The notes: generated from the sequence alone by a model not told the origin. A stretch of DNA of 64,000 nt from Candidatus Microgenomates bacterium (GCA_016784385.1 JADHUT010000003.1:2923-66922); one strand, 5' to 3'. Shown: positions 17,776 to 27,757, numbered from the stretch's first letter. Program-made: numbers and translations.

Positions 17776-18888
17776 TTAATTTGCAGTATCATTCACAAGA
17801 TCTAAGCTTAACTTTCTTGATTTTTCCCAGTTAAATTTTTTGCTCCACTCAACTGCACCTCTCTGCAAAAAGGAATACATGTTCCCTTTTTTAAGAATTC
17901 TTTGTACTGCTTCTGCCAAATCTTCAGGGGAGTTAGTTTTAACTATTATGCCACTACTATTATCTTTGACAGAATCCACAAGCCCAGCTGAATTATACGC
18001 AACAACAGGGGTTTTTACTGAATTAGCCTCAATATTTACAAGTCCCCAACCTTCCCGAATTGATGGATTAATCAAAATATGGGACCTTGCCAAAAGCTCG
18101 AACTTTTTTGGCTCGTCAACAAACCCCCAAAATTTTATTTCTTCCGTCAAACCAAGCTTTTTTACTCTTTGTTCTAATTCTTTTTTGTATTTCAAACTAG
18201 TTTTTCCAACAATCCAGAATTTATATTTACCGGTTTTGCTTAAAATGGAAAAACATTTCAAAGCGTCTTCCACACCTTTGTCTTTACTTACTGCCCCTAA
18301 AAAGATAATTGTATTAACTTTTTCTTTTTTAACATTAACCTTCTCTAAAAGTACCCCATGAGGAACAACTGTTATTTTTTCCTTTGAAATTCCATATTTA
18401 ATTAAATCTAATTTTGCAGAATTAGAACCAGTCATAAACAAGCTTTTTTTATAAAACTGAAAAATTAATGGTTCACCCAAATAACCAATAACGCCTATGA
18501 TATGGTTAATTGGCCAAGGGAGCTGGTTTACAAACCATACTTCTTTTGCAACCTCCTGAATTAGAGCAATTTTTTTCGTTTTTACATACAGTGGGGTAAA
18601 AAATGGAATACCATGAAATTGATCAATAACCAAATCAAAATCAGGATGTTTTTTAAAAATATACCAATGAAATGCCGCAAAATGTACACCCCAATATTGA
18701 ATACTTTTTCTTATTATATTAATTCCATCAACCACTTCTTCTGATTTTGCTTTTGGATAACTCGATGTAAAAAGGGTAACTTTGTGACCAGCCTCTACCC
18801 ACCCTTTTGCATGTTCGTGCACCACCTGCTCAGCACCCCCCGCGTTAGGATGTTTTGGCCCTCTCCAGCCCAATATTAATATATTCAT
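17776..18888 (-). CDS. Glycosyltransferase family 4.
   Basis: N-terminal GWRGPKHPNAGGAEQVVHEHAKGWVEAGHKVTLFT and C-terminal NIEANSVKTPVVAYNSAGLVDSV. Confidence 0.75.
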   Translation of the reverse strand: MNILILGWRGPKHPNAGGAEQVVHEHAKGWVEAGHKVTLFTSSYPKAKSEEVVDGINIIRKSIQYWGVHFAAFHWYIFKKHPDFDLVIDQFHGIPFFTPLYVKTKKIALIQEVAKEVWFVNQLPWPINHIIGVIGYLGEPLIFQFYKKSLFMTGSNSAKLDLIKYGISKEKITVVPHGVLLEKVNVKKEKVNTIIFLGAVSKDKGVEDALKCFSILSKTGKYKFWIVGKTSLKYKKELEQRVKKLGLTEEIKFWGFVDEPKKFELLARSHILINPSIREGWGLVNIEANSVKTPVVAYNSAGLVDSVKDNSSGIIVKTNSPEDLAEAVQRILKKGNMYSFLQRGAVEWSKKFNWEKSRKLSLDLVNDTAN

Positions 18889-18894
18889 ACTTTT

Positions 18895-20751
18895 TTACTC
18901 GACCTCCCAAATTTCAGCATTAGCATTAGAAAAAATCCTCTTAACTCCTAGGTCACCTGGTGAAAAAGGAATTTTTTCAGAATACTCCTCAAATTTTACC
19001 AGATAAACATACTTTGCCTTAGTTTTTTGTAAGTATTTCTTAGCATTTGGTCTTTCCTTAGCAGAAAAAACTGAGGAATTGTATACTATTGTGTGCCCAG
19101 AATACTTTTTAACGTAACTTCTCAAGTTTGCAAATGATATTGGTTTTATATCTGTGTGCCAAGCACATTGTAAACATTCATTGTCATAAACCATTACTTT
19201 TCCGCCAGGTAAAGACTTAAGAAAAAGGAGTGCATAAATCTCACCTTTTGGAATTAGGTATTCCACTTTATTGAAATGTTCCCATCCTTTTCCAGTTAAA
19301 AGTTTTAATATTGCCTTTTTTGTTTTGAAAAAATGGACAGCCTCAGACGAAAAACCTTTTACAATATCACCTTCCGGGTGATTAAAATTTATCTGGACAA
19401 AACCAATCTTAACATCGTCTCCACTATGTTCAATATCAACCAACGGATTATTACGTAATTTAGTGGGAACTTTTATATTTTCGCCTTTTATCAAAAAATA
19501 TTCATTTTTTGTTTCTATTTCAACGTCCCCAGGCAATATCCATACATCTTCAGGGTTTTCTATTGTGTCAATTACCGAAGGTATATTTATAGATAAATTA
19601 AATTCATAATTTGGGGATGAGTAGTATGGATCTGTGTCATTTTGACCATAAACTCTAATATCTTTTATTTCGATTGCATCTTTTTTCTCATCATATATAT
19701 AAAATAATCTATAAATAAAACTCGTAAACCAATGGGAAGATTTACCTGATTGCAAGAAATCTCTTGAATCAATTTTGCTTGGGGGGTCTATTTTTGGATA
19801 TTTATCACTATACCGCTTGTAAAAATCCGACATTGTAATAGCTTCAACCCCGCCATTAATAAACTCTGCAACTACCTCAATCTGATTTTGAAATTCACCA
19901 GAATAACCACCAGCATCCAGATCTGACTCAAGCCCTACTGTAATTTGGTTAAAATCATTATTTTCATTGTTGAGATATGTGTCCAGCAATTTATTAAAGT
20001 ATCCTGTGTCCAATTTATTGGAGAGAACCAAGTAGTCTTGAGTGCTGAAAAGGCTACTTTCGTACCCATTCAAAGGATCCCTTGATGCCCATTGTATATT
20101 AACCATGTCCAACTTAGTATCCTCACTTGAAGCTGGCACAGCTGGGTGAAATTTGCTTGGATAATACGGTATTTGCCAAGGTTGACCCCAAAGTTGGTAA
20201 TTATCAGTTGAAAATTGATCAGCACATACAAGATTTGCTGTTACGTTGTACTTTTGCTTTATATATGACAGAGAAAAACCGTCTGTCCACCATGACCCTA
20301 CTGAGTTTGGGTAGTAACCAAAATTTTCCTTAAATTTTTCGAAAACACCGTCTATTAGTATCATTCTTTCTACTTTTGTATATCCAGAAAGAAATATGCT
20401 GTTTGAGTGATGCCAAGACCCACTGTCGTGATACTCTACACCCACACTATCGGAAAATGATGGAGTAACCTCTAAAAATAAGCCAAACTCTTGGAATTCA
20501 TCCATTTGAAGTATTTCTTGCACAACTTCTTCATTGTCTAATGCGTCGTAAGTTAATAGCCATGTGGCGGGTAAGTTATGTTTTTTTATAACAGAGTATT
20601 GGTTCCTAATACTTTCGGTCAAGTCTGGTGTATACCTTGAAACCCTGACTGGATTAACAATAGTAATAAATTTATTACTATCCTGTGCATAAACACTTGG
20701 AGAAAAGACGAAAAATAAAAATAAAATTGTTAAAATAAATATTTTCTTCAT
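18895..20751 (-). CDS. Large secreted protein of about 618 aa, possibly carbohydrate-active, family unassigned. The start is refined to the Met that forms an ATGA overlap with the upstream GT2 stop.
   Basis: From the ATG at 20751..20749 the protein begins MKKIFILTILFLFFVFSPSVYAQDS, a signal peptide. The N-terminal region is rich in aromatic/Trp residues (WWTDGF, WGQPWQIPYYP), typical of glycan-binding or processing folds. Confidence 0.45.
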   Translation of the reverse strand: MKKIFILTILFLFFVFSPSVYAQDSNKFITIVNPVRVSRYTPDLTESIRNQYSVIKKHNLPATWLLTYDALDNEEVVQEILQMDEFQEFGLFLEVTPSFSDSVGVEYHDSGSWHHSNSIFLSGYTKVERMILIDGVFEKFKENFGYYPNSVGSWWTDGFSLSYIKQKYNVTANLVCADQFSTDNYQLWGQPWQIPYYPSKFHPAVPASSEDTKLDMVNIQWASRDPLNGYESSLFSTQDYLVLSNKLDTGYFNKLLDTYLNNENNDFNQITVGLESDLDAGGYSGEFQNQIEVVAEFINGGVEAITMSDFYKRYSDKYPKIDPPSKIDSRDFLQSGKSSHWFTSFIYRLFYIYDEKKDAIEIKDIRVYGQNDTDPYYSSPNYEFNLSINIPSVIDTIENPEDVWILPGDVEIETKNEYFLIKGENIKVPTKLRNNPLVDIEHSGDDVKIGFVQINFNHPEGDIVKGFSSEAVHFFKTKKAILKLLTGKGWEHFNKVEYLIPKGEIYALLFLKSLPGGKVMVYDNECLQCAWHTDIKPISFANLRSYVKKYSGHTIVYNSSVFSAKERPNAKKYLQKTKAKYVYLVKFEEYSEKIPFSPGDLGVKRIFSNANAEIWEVE

Positions 20752-21536
20752 CAATAGATCCAATTTGTGTTGTTTTTGGTATCGTAGTAGTGAAGAATTT
20801 TCAGTCTGTAAAAAACAGCCAATGTATCCCATGCCATCCAAAGGCTTGTACTCCATTTAATTGCACTTGATGAAGCGTTAAAAACAACTTCAATGGGACC
20901 TTCATAAATCCTTTTAAATCCCAAATACCTTGCAACTGCAAGCATTTCTATGTCCATCGCATAAGTTTTTACAAGAAGTCTTGGGAGAATTTTTTCAACT
21001 ACTTCTCTTCTAAAGATTTTTATACCACTTTGAGTATCTTTAAGGTCAAGTCCAAAAAGAATTTTAACAACGACGTGGTAGCCAAAACTCAATATCTTTC
21101 TGGTAAGTGGGTAATTTACCCTTGAAACTGGGTGTTTTTTACTTCCTACAATGATATCTGCATTGTACCAATCCATGTGAGCCATGAGCATCATAATTCC
21201 TTTTGGGGAAATATCCATACCAGCATCTAAAAAAGATACCAGATCTCCTTTTGCCTTACTCATTCCATATCGCACTGCATACCCTTTTCCTTGATTTTGC
21301 TTATACCCATAAATCTTAAGTTTGTTTGATTTTATTTGCTTTACTTTCGCGAATGTTCCATCAAGTTTTCCATCCACTACACAAATTACCTCAAAATCAA
21401 TATTTGCTAGGCCAGCTTGAAGCGTTTTGACAATACTTTCTATATCTTTTTTAATTGTTCTTTCTTGTTTAAAGGCAGGCACAATAACCGAAAGAAGTTT
21501 TGGAGTTCTTGATTTTGTTTCTAAACCTTTATTCAT
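20751..21536 (-). CDS. Glycosyltransferase family 2. The start is placed at MNKG to avoid overlap with the flippase; the longest ORF reaches 21599.
   Basis: LSVIVPAFKQERTIKKDIESIV...EVICVVDGKLDGT and FLDAGMDIS. Confidence 0.7.
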   Translation of the reverse strand: MNKGLETKSRTPKLLSVIVPAFKQERTIKKDIESIVKTLQAGLANIDFEVICVVDGKLDGTFAKVKQIKSNKLKIYGYKQNQGKGYAVRYGMSKAKGDLVSFLDAGMDISPKGIMMLMAHMDWYNADIIVGSKKHPVSRVNYPLTRKILSFGYHVVVKILFGLDLKDTQSGIKIFRREVVEKILPRLLVKTYAMDIEMLAVARYLGFKRIYEGPIEVVFNASSSAIKWSTSLWMAWDTLAVFYRLKILHYYDTKNNTNWIY

Positions 21537-22803
21537 TGTTTTTTGTTTCATAAACCAAATTGTAACCTGTATATGTGGCCAAACAAATAAACATTGCAAA
21601 AGTTACACACAACGATATCTGTATTACTTGGGTAATACTACCATGGTAAAGCCAGATAAGCCCCACCTGAGCCAAGGCTGCCAGAAGAGGCACAAAGACT
21701 ATTCTTACCTTGCCTATTGAGAGGAAGAAGTTTACAAGTAGATTAGACAGAGTATAGAAAAGCATGAATGCTCCCATCCACACCAGATCAGTTTTTGCTG
21801 ATAGATAATCTTTTCCATATAAAACTCCAATTGCCAATTCTGGGAATAACCAATAAAAAGCAGTAATTACAAGAGCAATTGAAGCAGTAATCAGTAAAGA
21901 CGCTAAAAATATTTTTGAGTAACTTTGGTTACTTGCTCTTCTTTTAGAAACAACTGGGAACATGGTAGATGTAACAGGAGAAGTTGCAAAAAATATAATT
22001 TTACCGAGGGTTGAAATTGCTGCATAGATTCCAGCCGAAAAAGGGTCTAAGAAATGCTTAACTAACACTACATCGATAGTAAAAATAGAAGTAAATGCTA
22101 ATGATTGCAACAAAACCGGTCCTGAATATTTCAAAAAAGGCTTAAGATCTACATCTTTGGTCTTTCCTGGTTTAATATGTTTTTTAATAAATTTCTGACT
22201 ATAAAAATATGCCAGTATCGCGCCTATTACAATAGCAAGCATAACACCAAAAACCGACCATCCTAGTAAAATTAAACCAACACCTATTAAAAGTTTGGCT
22301 AGTGACGATATTAAAGCTGGTATTACAAAACCTAGAAACTTCAAAAATCCCTGTGAAGTAGACTGGTTAACCAATGTGACCAATGAAAAAAACAGTACCG
22401 GCGCAATAAGAGCTACAGACGACACATTTTCAATATGTAAAAACCTAGAAATTGAAGGTGACATAACAAACATTAGAACTGCTAATACAATTGCCAACTT
22501 AAATATTAATTTTTTTATAGAGGTGTAAACAGAATAAAGTTCTGAATTTTTCGCGCTCGATACAAATTTGACTATCGAAACACTTGCTGAGGATGGAATA
22601 ATACTCACCAGATACATGATGGAATACAAACTAGCCAAAACTCCATAATTCACAGGCCCCAGCATCCTACCCATTACAAGATGGTAAACATAGTTAATTC
22701 CATTTGCTCCCATGTTTCCTACAAACATAATCACACTTCCTGAAAATAAAGGATGTTTAATTACTTTTAAAGTGTGATGTTTTATTCTATTCATGCTATC
22801 CAA
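21529..22803 (-). CDS. MOP-superfamily flippase-like polysaccharide biosynthesis protein (Wzx-like).
   Basis: 424 aa with about 12 hydrophobic helices. N-terminal VIMFVGNMGANGINYVYHLVMGRMLGPVNYGVLASLYSIMYLVSII is typical of polysaccharide_synt-type flippases. Confidence 0.55.
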   Translation of the reverse strand: MDSMNRIKHHTLKVIKHPLFSGSVIMFVGNMGANGINYVYHLVMGRMLGPVNYGVLASLYSIMYLVSIIPSSASVSIVKFVSSAKNSELYSVYTSIKKLIFKLAIVLAVLMFVMSPSISRFLHIENVSSVALIAPVLFFSLVTLVNQSTSQGFLKFLGFVIPALISSLAKLLIGVGLILLGWSVFGVMLAIVIGAILAYFYSQKFIKKHIKPGKTKDVDLKPFLKYSGPVLLQSLAFTSIFTIDVVLVKHFLDPFSAGIYAAISTLGKIIFFATSPVTSTMFPVVSKRRASNQSYSKIFLASLLITASIALVITAFYWLFPELAIGVLYGKDYLSAKTDLVWMGAFMLFYTLSNLLVNFFLSIGKVRIVFVPLLAALAQVGLIWLYHGSITQVIQISLCVTFAMFICLATYTGYNLVYETKNNE

Positions 22804-23945
22804 TAACCCCTCAAAAATAAGCTAGTGTTAATCATAAGCCAGAGACCAGATAAAATAAAGTAAATGGATTTAGTTAATTTTGATTGTTTTTCCAAGAGTA
22901 CTGCCATCACTATAAATGCAGGAAAAATTACCACCAAATACCTAGGCACTGATGAAAAACTACCTTGTGCAGATGGAACTAAAAATCCAAACAGAATGTA
23001 AACTACGTAAGACCAACGAATTTTTTTGATATATGCATATATTGGCAAGATTACAAATAAAATTGCAGTTGTAACCTCCAAAAGAGTAGTTTGCAAACTA
23101 TATAAATGCACCTTTCCTAAAAAAATAATTTTTACATATCTAAAAAATACCTGAGGCAATAGAATTATTCCCTTTTGATGTTGTTCTCCCACTATTGTTT
23201 GAAGATTATAAAAAGCTAGCGGATCTGCATAGTTTTTCCAACTAAACAACATATAGGTAAAAAGTCCAAAAGCAGAAACACCAAGAAGGTAGACTTTTTC
23301 TTTGACAAACTTTTTTAAATCTAATTTTCTCTGCATAATATCCACTAAAATCATCATAAGTACAAAGACACCATAAATACGTGTTGCTGTCATTAGAATG
23401 CCAACCAAACCACTCAGGAGGTATTTATCTTTACGATATAAATAGTATGTTAAAAGAGAAGTAAGTAAGAACAAGCTTTCTGTATAAACTGCTCCAAAAT
23501 AGAAGCTTGTCGGAAATACCAAAAGTGAAATTAAAGCCAGTTTTGCAATTTTTTCGGAATAATCAAGCCTTACTACTTTCCAAAAAATAAAAAGTGCTCC
23601 TAAAAATGATAAATTAGAAACAATAAGTCCTGTCCATATACTTTGAGGTAACCCAACTCCAAATGGTAGCGAGAAAAATTTAATTAAGAAAGGGTACGCA
23701 GGAAAAAACGCTTGTTGTAGATTTTTATATCCATAAATTGCAATCGAAGTATAGTGCTCCCCATCAAAGTTCGCCCAACCCCAAAATAATGGATTTTTAG
23801 AATAATTTTGTACTCTTCCTGCCAAAAAGTTGTCACTAAAGAGTGGTAGATAATTAACCGCCACAACAGCTGCAATGAAGACCAAAACTCTCCACACTAA
23901 AAAACTTTTTAGAATAAAGAGGAAGTTAGATTTTTGCATATACAT
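22791..23945 (-). CDS. PIG-V/GT76-like GT-C mannosyltransferase membrane protein.
   Basis: WANFDGEHYTSIAIYGYKNLQQAFFPAYPF matches the PIG-V family W..WD..HY..IA..GY...AFFP.YP signature, and the protein is multi-TM. Confidence 0.5.
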   Translation of the reverse strand: MYMQKSNFLFILKSFLVWRVLVFIAAVVAVNYLPLFSDNFLAGRVQNYSKNPLFWGWANFDGEHYTSIAIYGYKNLQQAFFPAYPFLIKFFSLPFGVGLPQSIWTGLIVSNLSFLGALFIFWKVVRLDYSEKIAKLALISLLVFPTSFYFGAVYTESLFLLTSLLTYYLYRKDKYLLSGLVGILMTATRIYGVFVLMMILVDIMQRKLDLKKFVKEKVYLLGVSAFGLFTYMLFSWKNYADPLAFYNLQTIVGEQHQKGIILLPQVFFRYVKIIFLGKVHLYSLQTTLLEVTTAILFVILPIYAYIKKIRWSYVVYILFGFLVPSAQGSFSSVPRYLVVIFPAFIVMAVLLEKQSKLTKSIYFILSGLWLMINTSLFLRGYWIA

Positions 23946-24894
23946 CCAAGGTTTCTTTTGCAGTTTTTTCCCATGTGTACACTCGTGGCAACTTGATGTT
24001 TTTGTTTGGATTGGTTATTCCTTTTGCCATATCTTTTGGGTCGTTTGGATCAACATAATCTAAGTCGGCACCAAGTATTTCAACCAGAGCTTGGGTTTTT
24101 GTAGCAACCAAAGGTGTACCGCAAGCCACAGCCTCAATAGCTGGCAGACCAAACCCTTCATACAAAGAAGGTTGTATATAGACTGCAGCTAAATTATACA
24201 AATCATTCATTTCTTCATCACTCGCGTAACCGTAACGTACAACATCTTTGAAATCAACGTCTCTAAGGTGGGAAAGCTCCGGATGGCCCGTATCCATTTT
24301 TTCTACTTCTGTTGCATGTTTTCCTGCAATAACTAAAGGTATCTTGGCTATCTTACAAGCTTTAATTAAATTGGGAATATTTTTGTTATAATTAACATCC
24401 CCAGTGTACAAAGCAAATTTACTTGGTAATTTGTAATTTTTTGTAACTTTAGTCTTTCTGAATACCTTTTTAGGTGCAAGATAAACTACATGTACCTTTT
24501 TTGGATCAAAACTAAGTAATCTACAAATATCTTTTTTTGATGTCTCTGAAATTGTAATAATTTCATCAATACTTTTTTTGACTTTACCAACGTTATTGAA
24601 ATAATTTAGTTTTCCCCTAATTCCTGGCGGATAGTGGCTTGGGTATATAAGCGGAATAAGGTCATGAATAGTTAAAATCCACTTTTGACCAACTGGCTTA
24701 GTCAGGGGAAAAATTGCTTCTTCGAAAGGTTTAAAATATGTAAAATGTACAATATCAGCAGCTTTTTTTCTTTTAACAATCTTCAGTCTCTTGTCTTTTA
24801 ACTTCTCAAGTGCCTTAAGGAGTTCAGTTGTGTGAACCCCAATTCCTCGCACATTGTGGCCTGAGTCTCTCCCATTTTCAAAAAATACCTTCAT
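23926..24894 (-). CDS. Glycosyltransferase family 4.
   Basis: EGFGLPAIEAVACGTPLVATKTQALVEIL. Confidence 0.75.
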   Translation of the reverse strand: MKVFFENGRDSGHNVRGIGVHTTELLKALEKLKDKRLKIVKRKKAADIVHFTYFKPFEEAIFPLTKPVGQKWILTIHDLIPLIYPSHYPPGIRGKLNYFNNVGKVKKSIDEIITISETSKKDICRLLSFDPKKVHVVYLAPKKVFRKTKVTKNYKLPSKFALYTGDVNYNKNIPNLIKACKIAKIPLVIAGKHATEVEKMDTGHPELSHLRDVDFKDVVRYGYASDEEMNDLYNLAAVYIQPSLYEGFGLPAIEAVACGTPLVATKTQALVEILGADLDYVDPNDPKDMAKGITNPNKNIKLPRVYTWEKTAKETLDVYAKI

Positions 24895-24916
24895 TGAGTT
24901 TAATTATACCAACAAA

Positions 24917-25636
24917 TCAAGATTTACTCTCATTTCCATATCCTTCGGGGTAAAGAGGGTATTCATCACTCCTGGAGGGAGAGTTCGTAATTTGCATAAC
25001 TTTATCAATAACTTCATCAACATTTAAATATTTTTTTCCATTTTGTTCAAGTTTTTTTCTGTAAATTAGCCCTCCTGTACCAAAATCTGTCATAACTGAA
25101 CCAAGAGTGAGCAACACAAAGTCCACTCCCCTTCCTTTGAATTCTTTCGAAAGTGTCAAAGACATTCCTCTAAGTGCAAACTTGGAAGTACAGTATGCAA
25201 CCCTGTTTTTACTAGGATATATCCCCATTCCAGAACCAAAAGAAAGCACCATAGCGTCCTCTGATTTTTTAAAAAGAGGGAGTAGTCCCTTTGAAAACAT
25301 AAATACTGAATTTAAATTAATGTCCATTGAAGCTCTCCACTCAGAGAGAGTTAAATCTTCAAGTTTTTTATAAATTCCTATTCCTGCTACATTAAACAGA
25401 TAATCAATTTTTTTATGTTTTGAGGTAATGTCGGATATAACATTTTGAATGTCTTTTTGGTTGGTAAAATCAGCTTTATAAAAAAAGTGTCTATTCCCAT
25501 CCAACATGTGAGTTAATCGCCCAAGCAAGTCCCTTTCTCTTTCTACTAAAATACAAGTTACGCCTTGTTTTTCTAAAGCCTCCACAAGATAAGACCCCAT
25601 TGCACCACCTGCACCTGTAATTACTGCTGTTTTCAT
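24917..25636 (-). CDS. Short-chain dehydrogenase/reductase (SDR).
   Basis: AVITGAGGAMGSYL (TGxxxGxG) and a YCTSK YxxxK motif. Confidence 0.75.
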   Translation of the reverse strand: MKTAVITGAGGAMGSYLVEALEKQGVTCILVERERDLLGRLTHMLDGNRHFFYKADFTNQKDIQNVISDITSKHKKIDYLFNVAGIGIYKKLEDLTLSEWRASMDINLNSVFMFSKGLLPLFKKSEDAMVLSFGSGMGIYPSKNRVAYCTSKFALRGMSLTLSKEFKGRGVDFVLLTLGSVMTDFGTGGLIYRKKLEQNGKKYLNVDEVIDKVMQITNSPSRSDEYPLYPEGYGNESKS

Positions 25637-25643
25637 ACTATTT

Positions 25644-27176
25644 TTAGTCTACATTACTTCCGATCACTTCGGCAATATTTTTGAAGCCTTTACGTACGAA
25701 CATTTCATTTAAACCTTCATTTATTTGAGAAATAAGCTGAGGTCCTTCAAAAATCATACCTGTTATAAGCTGCACCAGTGTTGCACCGCTTTCAAATTTA
25801 GCCCAGGCATCCTCTACACTAAACACTCCACCACAACCAATTATTGTTAATTTATCCCCGTAGTTTTTATATGCAAGTTTGATTAACTCATTTGATCTTT
25901 TCTGTGTTGGTTTACCTGAAAGCTTGCCTACTTTGTATTTTTTACGTTCATCTTTATGAACACTTTTGTCCTTTGTGTTTGTCTGCAAGTTTCCAAGTAT
26001 TACCCCTGCAATTTTGTGCTTACAAATTTCTGCAAGCATATTTTTAGTATGTCTATTAGTTTGATCTATTGGCATTTTTATAAATATGGGTTTTTTAAGC
26101 CTTAGTTTATCTGTAGCTAGTAGTAATTTTTTTAAGTTAGCCAAAGGATAGAAACTAACACTCCCATGAATTAGATTTGGACAACTAATATTTAATTCAT
26201 AATAAGAAGAATTTATTTTGTTTTTTTCAAAAGTCTTGAATGCAGAAACAATATCAACAATTGAACTATCAACAGTCTTTAAGATCTTTGAATTAGTTCT
26301 TCCTATGGAAATACCTACTGGGTAACCAAACTTCAATTTAGACAGTCTTTCTGAAATTATGCCTGCACCTAAGCTTTTAAAGCCCTTATTTACCATTAAG
26401 GAAGCTGACTTAGGAAGTCTGCCTAGTCGAGGCTTAGGATTTCCCTCATAGCTTCCGTTTGTCACTGTTCCCACTGTTCCAAAGCCAAAACCGATGTAGG
26501 GAAGCACTTGTGTAAGCCTCCCTTCATAATCAAAGCCAGCAGCTAATCCTATAGGGGTTGAAAAATTGATATCCTTTATTTTTTGTCTTAACCTTGGAAA
26601 CTTTTTGACATGAATTTTTCTAAAAATTGCGACAACCACTTTGTTTTTAAATATTTTCTCTCCCAATAAAACCATGTTAATGTGTGCTACCTCAGGATCT
26701 ATCAAAAATAAAATTGGCTTTGCAATATATTTATAAAAATACCCTCCTAAATCCAAAATCAATGTTTTGCTTTCTTTTCTAAAAAACCAAAAAGAAAAAC
26801 CAAAAATTAAAAACGAAACCAATGCTGAAAGAAGACAATACAAACAAAAAAGTCCTATTAAAAACGCTTGCACATAAATCAAATATGAAGAAAACAAAAC
26901 CCCAAAGAGAGTAGTCACTAGCAATAAGCTAGTAAATAGTTTGTTTTTCTTCATAAGAAGAAAAAATAAAAATACATAGTAAAACATTCCCAAAAGCGCC
27001 AAGGGCATACCTGCTATTTGAGAATACTTTGAAGATGTAACAGCCAAACAGTTTATTAGTGGGCTTACAGGGCACCCAACAGAAGACAATGTGTCGTATT
27101 CATATGTCAAAAATACAGAATCAGAAAATCCAACTATAATTAATATAAATAAAATCCAAAAACCATACTTTCTCAT
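25644..27176 (-). CDS. pyrD: Fusion of an N-terminal VKOR (vitamin K epoxide reductase-like) membrane domain to a class-2 dihydroorotate dehydrogenase.
   Basis: The N-terminal ~130 aa have 4-5 TM helices with the VKOR cysteine pattern (SVGCPVSPLINCLAV ... FCLYCLL). After that comes LFLIDPEVAHINMV (compare E. coli PyrD LFQLDPERAHEF), then GLAAGFDYEG, GFGFGTVGTVT, NPKPRLGRL, LNISCPNL, FIKMPID, GVILGNLQTN, GKLSGKPTQ, and IIGCGGVFSVEDAWAKFESGATLVQLITGMIFEGPQLI. Confidence 0.75.
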   Translation of the reverse strand: MRKYGFWILFILIIVGFSDSVFLTYEYDTLSSVGCPVSPLINCLAVTSSKYSQIAGMPLALLGMFYYVFLFFLLMKKNKLFTSLLLVTTLFGVLFSSYLIYVQAFLIGLFCLYCLLSALVSFLIFGFSFWFFRKESKTLILDLGGYFYKYIAKPILFLIDPEVAHINMVLLGEKIFKNKVVVAIFRKIHVKKFPRLRQKIKDINFSTPIGLAAGFDYEGRLTQVLPYIGFGFGTVGTVTNGSYEGNPKPRLGRLPKSASLMVNKGFKSLGAGIISERLSKLKFGYPVGISIGRTNSKILKTVDSSIVDIVSAFKTFEKNKINSSYYELNISCPNLIHGSVSFYPLANLKKLLLATDKLRLKKPIFIKMPIDQTNRHTKNMLAEICKHKIAGVILGNLQTNTKDKSVHKDERKKYKVGKLSGKPTQKRSNELIKLAYKNYGDKLTIIGCGGVFSVEDAWAKFESGATLVQLITGMIFEGPQLISQINEGLNEMFVRKGFKNIAEVIGSNVD

Positions 27177-27200
27177 TGGAGTATTGTAGCAGGTATTATA

Positions 27201-27458
27201 CTACCTATAAATGTTTTTTCTGTGGCCAACCTTAACGATACGCAGAACGTCTCTGTCTAGATCAAATATTATTCTGTATTCACCAACCCGAAATCTATAT
27301 TGACCTATTTCAAATTTAGTTAAAGGTTCGGCAAAACTTGTAATATGCTCATTTGCACAGTAAAAATCTAACTTCACTATTATTCTTACTTGTATTTTTC
27401 TGTCTAATTTTAAAAATTCTTTTGAAGATTTTGAGGTAAACCTATATTTATACATCAA
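27201..27458 (-). CDS. RelE/ParE-family type II toxin.
   Basis: 85 aa and basic, ending ...GEYRIIFDLDRDVLRIVKVGHRKNIYR, the typical RelE/ParE C-terminus. Lies immediately downstream of a small acidic antitoxin-like gene with a 9-nt gap. Confidence 0.55.
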   Translation of the reverse strand: MMYKYRFTSKSSKEFLKLDRKIQVRIIVKLDFYCANEHITSFAEPLTKFEIGQYRFRVGEYRIIFDLDRDVLRIVKVGHRKNIYR

Positions 27459-27466
27459 GATTAATC

Positions 27467-27757
27467 TTACTCTATTCCCAACATCTTTTTCATCTGCCCA
27501 GAACTCACATCGTCAGACTTTGGAGATTTTCTTGATTTTTCTATTGATTTTAAATAATTTGGACTAGATAAAGCCTCCAAATCTTCAACCAGAGAACCCC
27601 AAAGGTTATTTGGAATTAAAACACCAAGTGGTTTTTGATTTCTCATCACTCTTACAAATTTGCCATTTTTACCAGCTCGGGTAAACAACTTAGTTATACC
27701 GGCCTGTGCTTCTTGGACACTAGCAAAATCTTCCATTAATATTAATTGTGGTGACAT
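27467..27757 (-). CDS. Phd/YefM-like antitoxin.
   Basis: 96 aa. The N-terminal region FASVQEAQAGITKLFTRAGKNGKFVRVMRNQKPLGVLIP resembles the Phd/YefM fold, and the C-terminus is acidic and flexible. Sits upstream of the RelE-like gene in the classic antitoxin-then-toxin order. Confidence 0.5.
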   Translation of the reverse strand: MSPQLILMEDFASVQEAQAGITKLFTRAGKNGKFVRVMRNQKPLGVLIPNNLWGSLVEDLEALSSPNYLKSIEKSRKSPKSDDVSSGQMKKMLGIE

